A stretch of 52,385 bases of DNA from NCBI GenBank assembly GCA_903934015.1, contig CAIZMI010000041.1:1-52385 (forward strand). The letters are read 5' to 3'. The stretch is from an uncultured bacterium (GTDB taxonomy: Bacteria > Patescibacteriota > Andersenbacteria > UBA10190 > CAIZMI01). Shown here piece by piece: positions 26,594 through 33,781 of the stretch (position 1 is the stretch's first letter; each line of letters opens with the position of its first letter). The translations under genes were made by a program, and so were the position numbers. The notes below the pieces were generated by a model. The model saw only the letters and a list, made by a program, of their open reading frames with translations, was not told the DNA's origin and ran no database searches.

Positions 26594-27241
26594 ATGCAAA
26601 AAAACGACGATCAGGCACCCAAGCCACCGTTAATTCCGGATGTGTTAAGCAAGGAAGTGCCACCAGGTTTTTTGAGTGATGAACAGGTTTATGATGCATT
26701 GGATTTAGGAAAAACGGGTCTCTCAAATATAAGGGTGCGGCAAGCAAAAATAAAAGACTCGAAATTCACTGGAATTGATCTTAGTTTGGCCGAGTTGAAA
26801 AAAATAGAGATCAGTCATACAAGATTTACAAACTGTAACTTTGCTAATACAAAAATGCGCGAGAGTAATACCGAAAGAGTGGAATTTATTTCTTGTCAGA
26901 TGATGGGCGTGGATTTTTCGGAGGGAATTTTGGCCCATATTCGTTTTGTTGATTGTCGGATTAATTTATCAAATTTAAGATTCGCAGCTTTAAAAAATAT
27001 CACGTTTGAAAATTGTGACCTACGTGAGGCGGATTTCTTGAATGCAAAACTAAGAAACATTAATTTCGAGGGGTGCGATCTAAGTAGTGCGCAGTTTGCT
27101 AACGCAAATTGTAACGAGGTTGATTTTCGCACCTCACGAATAAGTGGAATAAAAGTGCAAGCCGAAAATCTAACTGGCATGATAATCGGAACGGATCAAA
27201 TAATGGATATCGCGCGGTTGTTTGGGGTGGAGATCCGATGA
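26594..27241 (+). CDS. Pentapeptide-repeat protein
   Basis: Tandem A(D/N)LxxxxF-type pentapeptide repeats, e.g. CNFANTKMRESN, CDLREADFLNAKLRNINFEGCDLSSAQFANANC. Confidence 0.8.
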   Translation: MQKNDDQAPKPPLIPDVLSKEVPPGFLSDEQVYDALDLGKTGLSNIRVRQAKIKDSKFTGIDLSLAELKKIEISHTRFTNCNFANTKMRESNTERVEFISCQMMGVDFSEGILAHIRFVDCRINLSNLRFAALKNITFENCDLREADFLNAKLRNINFEGCDLSSAQFANANCNEVDFRTSRISGIKVQAENLTGMIIGTDQIMDIARLFGVEIR

Positions 27242-27368
27242 ATTTATTCAAAACCGTGGAAATGGTAACTGGAATGAAAATACGGATTATATAATTTGTC
27301 GGGTACGCTGTAGGGGCAATTCATGAATTGCCCCTACGTGGCGACGGATAATACTATTAAATTTAATT

Positions 27369-27761
27369 ATGATCTATCAGGGAACAATAATTGAAGAAAG
27401 TTTGGAAGATAAAAGCGTTTTGAAAAACGTGACGGTTTTGAAAACCAAAATCGAGCCGGTTGTCGAAAAACACCAAACGCCCTGGCTGAAACAGTGGGCG
27501 TTGCATGCGGTCGAAATCAAGGACGTGGAAGCTGAGGCGGTCGCGAACGATTTGGCGAAAGCGCTTGAAATCGAACATCCTTGGTATGCCGATTATAAAA
27601 ACGAAACGACGCACTATATAATTTTCCGCGATAAGGTTTTTAAGATCGACCGGACAAGTAAGGAACAATATGATGAGGCTAAAGAATATGGAATTTCATT
27701 GGGGATTCCAACGTATCAAGTGGATTTTTCACCTCGGTTTTGGCATGGAAAAGGCATATAA
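27369..27761 (+). CDS. Hypothetical protein
   Basis: 130-aa ORF; no recognised motifs. Confidence 0.4.
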   Translation: MIYQGTIIEESLEDKSVLKNVTVLKTKIEPVVEKHQTPWLKQWALHAVEIKDVEAEAVANDLAKALEIEHPWYADYKNETTHYIIFRDKVFKIDRTSKEQYDEAKEYGISLGIPTYQVDFSPRFWHGKGI

Positions 27762-27856
27762 TTTAAATCTATTACTGCTTGACAAATTTGTCGCAAGAGA
27801 CGAAATTGATGGTGTTTTGTACATTACTTCTTGTTGTTGTTTTGAAAGGGGCAGTT

Positions 27857-28276
27857 ATGACTCTTTTTTGCGAAGTACTGAAACAGGCGATTTTATTACT
27901 CAATGATCGAGCAAAGTTGGCCGCTGGAGAAGGTGAACAGCTGGAAAGTTCCCCCTGGGTCCGTTTTGATCCCGGGTCGGAAGTCATTTTCGGTTCGTTT
28001 GCCGAGTGTGATGCTGAAAATCTTGTTCTGAATACCTACGAACAAGAGGTGTGCGCAACCAAGCACATCTATTCACTGGGGGAATTTTTTGAGCGGGGTG
28101 GCACAGTGGAAATGGTTAAGCTTTGGGTGAATGGGTGGCGATCCCGCGGAGGCTACTTTGGTGAGACGAAAGAAGAATATGGTGGCGACAGTGATCCTGG
28201 GATCGGGCGAACCGTGGCGGAGGTGGAATTGCGACGAACGCCTGGTGATGGTTGGACGATTGTCGATCAGAAATAA
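27857..28276 (+). CDS. Hypothetical protein, GC-elevated
   Basis: Start moved to the ATG with an AAAGGGG SD upstream; 139 aa. Confidence 0.4.
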   Translation: MTLFCEVLKQAILLLNDRAKLAAGEGEQLESSPWVRFDPGSEVIFGSFAECDAENLVLNTYEQEVCATKHIYSLGEFFERGGTVEMVKLWVNGWRSRGGYFGETKEEYGGDSDPGIGRTVAEVELRRTPGDGWTIVDQK

Positions 28277-28315
28277 TTGGAGTTAAACCGGAACGATGTG
28301 TCGCTCCGATTTTTA

Positions 28316-28347
28316 TTTGACATAAAATATATGATAGTATACTATCA
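28316..28347 (+). promoter_or_regulatory. Sigma-70-like promoter (TTGACA -35, 17 bp, TACTAT -10) overlapped by a perfect 16-bp palindrome TGATAGTATACTATCA. Candidate repressor operator.
   Basis: TTGACA at 28316-28321 and a -10 at 28339-28344. The palindrome at 28332-28347 covers the -10. Confidence 0.4.
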
Positions 28348-28475
28348 GCGCTTATGAAACAACTGCATTGCCAAATGAATCAACGCATTTTCACCCCGTA
28401 TTTGACGGGTGTTGCCTCTATTTTGGCCAAGGCGGTTTTATTGTGAAGCTAATAGTGTAATTTATCTTCTCCTAA

Positions 28476-28517
28476 GAACGCCTCGGCTAGATAGTCGAGG
28501 CGTTCTCTTTATCTAGC
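28476..28517 (+). promoter_or_regulatory. Candidate transcription attenuator: two mutually exclusive hairpins downstream of a 30-aa leader ORF and upstream of the MFS transporter gene
   Basis: GAACGCCTCG/CGAGGCGTTC is a perfect 10-bp stem followed by TCTTT. It overlaps the alternative GCTAGATA/TATCTAGC pairing. The leader ORF at 28354-28446 is MKQLHCQMNQRIFTPYLTGVASILAKAVLL. Confidence 0.35.
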
Positions 28518-28552
28518 GTTATGTTCATTTACAACTGAATGAGGTTATATCA

Positions 28553-29740
28553 ATGGTTAGGAAAACGATCCAAAGTTATGTTGGAATTCGCGCGTGTTTT
28601 CAGTTTGCCATCTTCTTTCACGCGGCAACTTACGTTACCTATCTGATGGAACGCGGTGGGCTGAATTTGCTGGAAGTGAATATGGTGAATCTCGGATTCT
28701 TTCTCACGCTGATGTTGTTTGAAATTCCCACTGGCGCTGTTGCCGATTTGTTTGGTCGCCGTCTCACATTTGCGTCCGCTTGTTGTCTCTTCGCGTTGAG
28801 TTCTTTAATTTACGCCAAGAGTCAAACGTTCTGGTGTTTTGTGTTGGGTGAAGTGGTTGGAGCAATCGGGAGTACGCTTGCGAACGGTGCAATTCAGGCC
28901 TGGATGGTCGATCGCATCAAGTTTTTTGGCAGTGAAGGTTCTCCAAGCCGGGTCTTTGCTGTAGAACAGTATTGCTGCGGCGTAACGCAAATTATTGGTG
29001 GGGTATTGGGTGCTTACTGCTACGCCTTCGACCCGCCTCTTACTTGGCTCCTTGGCGGCTTGATTATGGGGGTTATTGCATTGGTGGCGCTGTTTGTGAT
29101 GAAGGAAGAATACAGTCACGGAGTAAGACGAACACGCGGTGATGTATTGCAGTTATTTGGGAAGTCAGTATCCGCCATCAAAGATCACGCACTGAACAAC
29201 AAGGTGGTGAGGTTCTTGCTGGTGATTAGCTTTGTGAACATGTTAGCGGTTATGGCACCAAACATGCAGTGGCAACCGTTTTTCTTGTCGCTAAATTCAA
29301 GTAAGGTTTTTCTTGGGTATATTGTGGCAATGAGTTTCATCGCGATGATGTTTGGGACGCTAGTTTCTACGAAGTTTATGATGCCTTTTTTCGGAAACAA
29401 GCGGGCGATCTTGGTCGGACAATTGCTGGTGGGGGTCGGCATTTGCGCAACGACGTTCTTTTGTTTGCCGGTGGCGCTGACGATCTTTGTTGTGCATGAA
29501 ATCGGTCGTGGTGCTTGGTATCCATTACGCGATACCTATTTACACGACAATATCCCGTCGGATCATCGGGCAACTCTAGCTTCGTTAACTTCAACAGCTA
29601 ATCATGTTGGAGGAATAGTGGGGTTGATCTTTTGCGGTTTTCTCGCGCAGTATCTTTCCATTACGGTCTCTTGGGTGCTTTCCGGAGGAATCATGATTAG
29701 TACTGTTCTGTTGCTTTGGAAAGAGAAAAAAGAACATTGA
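28553..29740 (+). CDS. MFS transporter
   Basis: 12-TM architecture; LFEIPTGAVADLFGRR is the MFS loop 2-3 motif. Confidence 0.8.
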   Translation: MVRKTIQSYVGIRACFQFAIFFHAATYVTYLMERGGLNLLEVNMVNLGFFLTLMLFEIPTGAVADLFGRRLTFASACCLFALSSLIYAKSQTFWCFVLGEVVGAIGSTLANGAIQAWMVDRIKFFGSEGSPSRVFAVEQYCCGVTQIIGGVLGAYCYAFDPPLTWLLGGLIMGVIALVALFVMKEEYSHGVRRTRGDVLQLFGKSVSAIKDHALNNKVVRFLLVISFVNMLAVMAPNMQWQPFFLSLNSSKVFLGYIVAMSFIAMMFGTLVSTKFMMPFFGNKRAILVGQLLVGVGICATTFFCLPVALTIFVVHEIGRGAWYPLRDTYLHDNIPSDHRATLASLTSTANHVGGIVGLIFCGFLAQYLSITVSWVLSGGIMISTVLLLWKEKKEH

Positions 29741-29767
29741 CGGCTTGAATTTCAAGCCGTTTTTTTA
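29740..29767 (+). terminator. Rho-independent terminator after the MFS gene
   Basis: ACGGCTTGAA-TT-TCAAGCCGT followed by TTTTTTT. Confidence 0.75.
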
Positions 29768-29782
29768 ATTGGCTTGGAATTT

Positions 29783-30016
29783 TCAGTGTTTAAAGATTTT
29801 TCGGTATATGACTGTAGTGACGGTGGCGATTAGGTATATTATTACAAAAAATAATAAGATATTTAAAACATAATTGAAGAAGATGCGTTCGGTGCTTCTT
29901 GTGTTTAATATTGCAATGTTGCGAGCGTCAAAATTGAATGAGATAAAAACGAAGAAAGTGGAAACGGCCAGGGAAATTGCTAACCGTGTTTTTGAAAGAT
30001 AGTTTGTTAGTTGCAT
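29783..30016 (-). CDS. Small hydrophobic protein (77 aa), uncertain
   Basis: Two predicted TM helices. AT-rich sequence, so this may be spurious. Confidence 0.25.
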   Translation of the reverse strand: MQLTNYLSKTRLAISLAVSTFFVFISFNFDARNIAILNTRSTERIFFNYVLNILLFFVIIYLIATVTTVIYRKIFKH

Positions 30017-30036
30017 AATTATTAGTCTGTTAAAAA

Positions 30037-31572
30037 TTATTTATTCTTTCTGTTGAAAGGCGATTTAAAAATTACCAAAATTGCAATGGCAACGGCCAGT
30101 AAACTGGCAATTCCAATAACAAGTGTCGGAGTCTTTTGGTTGGGAGCGGATTGATTTTTTATTGTTCCACTGTTGATTACCGTGTCCGATTGTCGGCCGG
30201 CCTCCACGACATATTTTGCCGGAATTGTCATTGCAAACATTCTGGCAAACGGACCTTTTGTAACTTCTTGTTTGTAACTAAGAAAATCCAACGTGACAGT
30301 TCTTGTTGCGGTGGGCACGATCATTGTGAAAACGCCCTTTTCTTTTGAAGAAAAGTCCAAATCACTCCTTAGAAGCGCAACGTATTTGCTCGGTAATGGT
30401 TTACCTGTTTCATCAATCAAAACACCGGATAAAATACTATCTTGCGGGGGCGCGTCAAAATAGAACATATTCGCGGTTAATGGCTTATTGTCGACAGTTG
30501 TTGTTGCGTTGACGGTCATAATTGTGGCGTCACCGTTTTTTGGCAGAGGAATCCGCGCATTTCCCTCCATGTCCGTCTGAACAGTTTTTTCAGTCAGTAT
30601 TTTATTGTCATAGTTTATCGCCTTGATAGTTACTTTAATGCCTGAAAGCGCTTTTTCTTGGATATCTCGACCATCAGAAACGCGGTTAAAAGCGTACGCG
30701 ATTATTTCTCCCGGTTCGGTTGCAATGCCAAGATGGTTACCCAGAATGCCTTTTGTGAGTGTGTTTGGATTATTAAAATACCAATCATAAGCGGATATGC
30801 CGTCGATTTTTTTGTTTATTAGTAAGGGGCGCAAAATATCTTGATAGTGCGTCAAAGTAAGGTTGGTTTGACCAGTATTTTTTACCGTGTCGTAGATTCG
30901 ATTATTTAAGGTTTTTAAGAAATCAAGATTATCGTTTGAACTGGAGGCCGCGGAAAGTAGGGTTAAATGGACGACACTGGTGACATCATATACAAGGCCG
31001 TGATTCATTGTTTGTTTCGAAGAGCCCCAATTAGTTGTTCCGGCAATGGTGTCGCGGTCAAGATAGTAGTTGAAAAATGGGCGAGTGCCGAAGTTGTATT
31101 TACCCAGCGCTTTTGCCATTAAAATTTCTTGTACTTTTGCCCAGCCTTCGTTGATCCATTGTGGATTGAAAGTAACGCGCTTGTTGCCGTTGTAGTACAT
31201 TCCGTGTGCAAGTTCGTGTATCATGTTGCTATAAAGTTGATCGATGGCCCGCACGGGGTCACTTACTTTGTATTCTTGGTATCTTTTGGCTTGTCCGGCC
31301 AAAACCAGCGTTTGTTCATTGTCCGTGTAGCCGGTATCGTGATCGGTGCCGTTTGTGTTCGCTTCTATTTTTAAATTAATGTTTGACAGAGGTGGTCCAA
31401 AAATCTTTCGCATTATTGGTTCTATTTGGGTGAAAAATATTCGCATTTCCTGTGCCGGCAAAGCATCCGATATTTCGCCGAGTTGCATTCGGTTGGTTTC
31501 TGGGATTGCTGCAATAGCTACGTTAAAGGTGAGGAATATCCCCAAAAACGATACGAACAATATTTTTTTCAT
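30037..31572 (-). CDS. Secreted HExxH zinc-metallopeptidase-like protein with a C-terminal membrane anchor
   Basis: Signal peptide MKKILFVSFLGIFLTFNVAIAA; MIHELAHGM (HExxH); C-terminal TM plus basic tail. Confidence 0.55.
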   Translation of the reverse strand: MKKILFVSFLGIFLTFNVAIAAIPETNRMQLGEISDALPAQEMRIFFTQIEPIMRKIFGPPLSNINLKIEANTNGTDHDTGYTDNEQTLVLAGQAKRYQEYKVSDPVRAIDQLYSNMIHELAHGMYYNGNKRVTFNPQWINEGWAKVQEILMAKALGKYNFGTRPFFNYYLDRDTIAGTTNWGSSKQTMNHGLVYDVTSVVHLTLLSAASSSNDNLDFLKTLNNRIYDTVKNTGQTNLTLTHYQDILRPLLINKKIDGISAYDWYFNNPNTLTKGILGNHLGIATEPGEIIAYAFNRVSDGRDIQEKALSGIKVTIKAINYDNKILTEKTVQTDMEGNARIPLPKNGDATIMTVNATTTVDNKPLTANMFYFDAPPQDSILSGVLIDETGKPLPSKYVALLRSDLDFSSKEKGVFTMIVPTATRTVTLDFLSYKQEVTKGPFARMFAMTIPAKYVVEAGRQSDTVINSGTIKNQSAPNQKTPTLVIGIASLLAVAIAILVIFKSPFNRKNK

Positions 31573-31740
31573 TTTTGTTGGTTATTATTGGTGTAATGGT
31601 TTAATTATAGCACATAGTTGACAAAATATAGGATTCGTTATATCATTAAGGCCTTAATCAAAAACCGCGATTTCGCGGTTAATAGACTCTGCCTTGTGGA
31701 CATATGACCCAAAAGGAATTGGGTCACCATTAAATATTTT

Positions 31741-33012
31741 ATGTTACAAGACAGTCCAGAAGAAAAGAAATTAGATTTTAGTAATCTTGGTTTATCACCA
31801 AGGCTATTAGCCGTATTGGCACAACTTAAATTTGTCACCCCAACACGCATTCAGGCAGAAGCAATTCCTGTGGCTGTTTTGGGTAAAGACGTAGTTGGTA
31901 TTGCCGAAACAGGTACAGGTAAAACGCTCGCGTTTGTGTTGCCACTTTTGCAACAAATTTCTGCCAGTAAGAAACAAGCTTTAATTATCTTGCCAACGCG
32001 TGAGTTGGCTATGCAGGTAGAAGAAACACTCGACGCGGTTGGTCGTGGTTTTGGTTTACGCAAGGCGTTGCTTATCGGTGGCGCATCGATGGGTAAGCAG
32101 ATAGGAGATATTCGTCGTAACCCGCATGTAATTGTGGGTACGCCGGGACGCATTATTGATCATCTTGATCAACGTATTCTTAATCTTAATAACGTTGGTG
32201 TGTTGGTTTTGGATGAAGCCGATCACATGTTTGATATGGGTTTTGCGCCACAAATTAAGCGTATTCTTTCGAGTGTTCCCAATAATCGTCAGACGATGCT
32301 TTTTTCGGCCACGATGCCACCGGAAATTGAAAAGATTACAATGGGACACATGCGAAGTCCTGTTCGGATTGAAATTTCCAAGCAGGGAACTGTGGGCGCG
32401 CACATTGATCATCATTTGTTTGTTATTGGTAAAGAACAGAAAAATCGTTTGTTGGATAAAATTTTGGCCGATCATGCCGGAACTGTTTTGGTTTTTTCCC
32501 GCACAAAACATGGTGCCAAAAGGATCGCGCGCGCGGTGCGCGAAATGGGTCACGGCGCGGCCGAGATTCATTCCAATTTAACATTGGCAAGACGTAAATC
32601 TGCCTTGGAAGGATTCAAGAAAGGTCAACATCGTGTTTTGGTGGCGACAGATATTGCCGCTCGCGGTATTGATGTTGAGGATATTCAATTGGTGGTAAAT
32701 TATGATTTGCCTGATGATCCGGGAAATTATGTCCATCGCATTGGTCGTACCGGTAGAGCCGGGCGTGAAGGAAAAGCTATTACCTTTATCACTTCAGATC
32801 AGCGAGGTAAAGTGCGTCACATTGAACGTTTGATTCGTCTGCCTTTGGTTGTGAAACCATTGCCGGTTTTGCCTGTCGCGCGTCCTGTTAGTCACCCCGT
32901 TGAACAGCGTGGTTTTCCGCAACAGCGCCGGTTTACGCCACGCAATAATGGTCAAACAAATCGTCAGGGCGGTTTTCAACCAAGAAATAATACCCACTAC
33001 CGCGGTCGATAA
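31741..33012 (+). CDS. DEAD-box ATP-dependent RNA helicase
   Basis: Motifs: Q motif, AETGTGKT (I), PTRELA (Ia), DEAD (II), SAT (III), HRIGRTGR (VI). Arg/Gly/Gln-rich C-terminal tail. Confidence 0.9.
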   Translation: MLQDSPEEKKLDFSNLGLSPRLLAVLAQLKFVTPTRIQAEAIPVAVLGKDVVGIAETGTGKTLAFVLPLLQQISASKKQALIILPTRELAMQVEETLDAVGRGFGLRKALLIGGASMGKQIGDIRRNPHVIVGTPGRIIDHLDQRILNLNNVGVLVLDEADHMFDMGFAPQIKRILSSVPNNRQTMLFSATMPPEIEKITMGHMRSPVRIEISKQGTVGAHIDHHLFVIGKEQKNRLLDKILADHAGTVLVFSRTKHGAKRIARAVREMGHGAAEIHSNLTLARRKSALEGFKKGQHRVLVATDIAARGIDVEDIQLVVNYDLPDDPGNYVHRIGRTGRAGREGKAITFITSDQRGKVRHIERLIRLPLVVKPLPVLPVARPVSHPVEQRGFPQQRRFTPRNNGQTNRQGGFQPRNNTHYRGR

Positions 33013-33021
33013 CAGATGAGA

Positions 33022-33060
33022 TTTTTGGGAGTATCCTTTCGCAGGATACTCCCAAAAAAA
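33022..33060. terminator. Bidirectional terminator after the helicase gene
   Basis: TTTTT-GGGAGTATCC-TTTCGCA-GGATACTCCC-AAAAAAA; 10-bp stem. Confidence 0.7.
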
Positions 33061-33102
33061 TCAGATGCTGTGAAAATATTTTGAAAGTGATATATTTAAA
33101 TC

Positions 33103-33279
33103 ATGAGCAACAACAATAACAACGTCGCAGGGGGAATATTTGGGTTAGCTTTTATTGGCGCCCTTATTTATTTTCTTAAGGGAGCGGGAAGTTTTAGTGC
33201 TGTAATTTGGGGAATTTTGAAGGCGATGGTTTGGCCGGCAATTTTGATTTACAAATTATTCGAGTTTCTGAAAATATAA
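33103..33279 (+). CDS. 58-aa small membrane protein. Below the ORF-track size cutoff.
   Basis: MSNNNNNVAGGIFGLAFIGALIYFLKGAGSFSAVIWGILKAMVWPAILIYKLFEFLKI; two hydrophobic helices. Sits between two strong terminators and the hairpin repeats. Confidence 0.3.
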   Translation: MSNNNNNVAGGIFGLAFIGALIYFLKGAGSFSAVIWGILKAMVWPAILIYKLFEFLKI

Positions 33280-33312
33280 GACGAACACATTTTTCATTCA
33301 TTAAATTATGTC

Positions 33313-33389
33313 ATCCCTGCCACAAGCAGGGATCGGTCGTAATAATGGCCTGGGTTCATTTATTATGATTCCTGCTCGAGGGCAGGAAT
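33313..33389. repeat. Two GC-rich hairpins of the intergenic repeat family (ATCCCTGC-CACAA-GCAGGGAT and ATTCCTGC-TCGAGG-GCAGGAAT)
   Basis: Same stem consensus as 43515-43535 (ATTCCCGC-AACAA-GCGGGAAT), with compensatory changes. Confidence 0.5.
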
Positions 33390-33416
33390 GACAAAAAAAT
33401 AGATGCCCTTTTTTGC

Positions 33417-33445
33417 TTGACAAAAAATTGTTATAGAAATACATT
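33417..33445 (+). promoter_or_regulatory. Candidate sigma-70 promoter (TTGACA, 17-bp spacer, TACATT) ahead of the riboswitch-like element
   Basis: Perfect -35 hexamer at 33417-33422; the -10 matches 4/6. The predicted TSS is ~20 nt upstream of the aptamer P1. Confidence 0.3.
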
Positions 33446-33466
33446 ATCAATGTACAACTAAATATT

Positions 33467-33575
33467 GCGTATCCAGAGAACGGAGATGCTAAGGGAAATG
33501 GCCCAAAGCTCCGTCCGCAACCAAGGGAAAAGCCCTCCGGTGCGAAATCCATCCCTCACAGGGAAAGATACTAGG
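33467..33575 (+). ncRNA. SAM-I (S-box)-like riboswitch aptamer candidate
   Basis: Recognised from memory of the T. tengcongensis / B. subtilis SAM-I aptamers, not from a covariance-model search. P1 is GUAUC/GAUAC. The segments AGAGAACGGAG..AGGGA, AAUGGCCC, GCAACC, GGUGCGAAAUCC and AAAGAUAC occur in the same order and with similar spacing as the SAM-I consensus GGAGGGA-CUGGCCC-GCAACC-GGUGCCAAUUCC-AAAGAUGAG. Two extra hairpins are inserted relative to the consensus. Confidence 0.4.
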
Positions 33576-33586
33576 AACAACTGGAT

Positions 33587-33613
33587 GCGTCGCCCCTGTA
33601 TGGCGATGTTTTT
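33587..33613 (+). terminator. Candidate riboswitch expression-platform terminator
   Basis: GCGTCGCC-CCTGTAT-GGCGATGT followed by TTTTT, directly 3' of the P1 3' strand. The CTGGATGCG segment could form an antiterminator with P1. Confidence 0.35.
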
Positions 33614-33781
33614 AATAATCGCGCTACAGGCACAAGGGTGACGCATCTAAAAGCTTGTCTCTCGTGTCTTTGTCTGGACGCGAGATTTTGCTGTGAACTT
33701 TCACAATTACATAAGGAGAAATAACGCAGAAAAAATGGACGTGTGTTTGGGTGTTTCTTGTTTCAAAAGAAGGAATGGAAA

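Noticed and set aside
27670-27906. ORF 27670-27906 bridging two hypothetical genes (possible frameshifted single gene)
   Set aside because: The three ORFs are in three different frames with no shared homology signal. The downstream gene has its own SD and ATG at 27857.
33467-33575. Cobalamin riboswitch as an alternative identity for the structured leader, because of AGGGAA and GGTGCGAAATCC
   Set aside because: No B12 box (GCCACTG) or downstream cobalamin-type pseudoknot partner is evident. The order and spacing of GGCCC, GCAACC, GGUGC.AA.UCC and AAAGAU fit SAM-I better.
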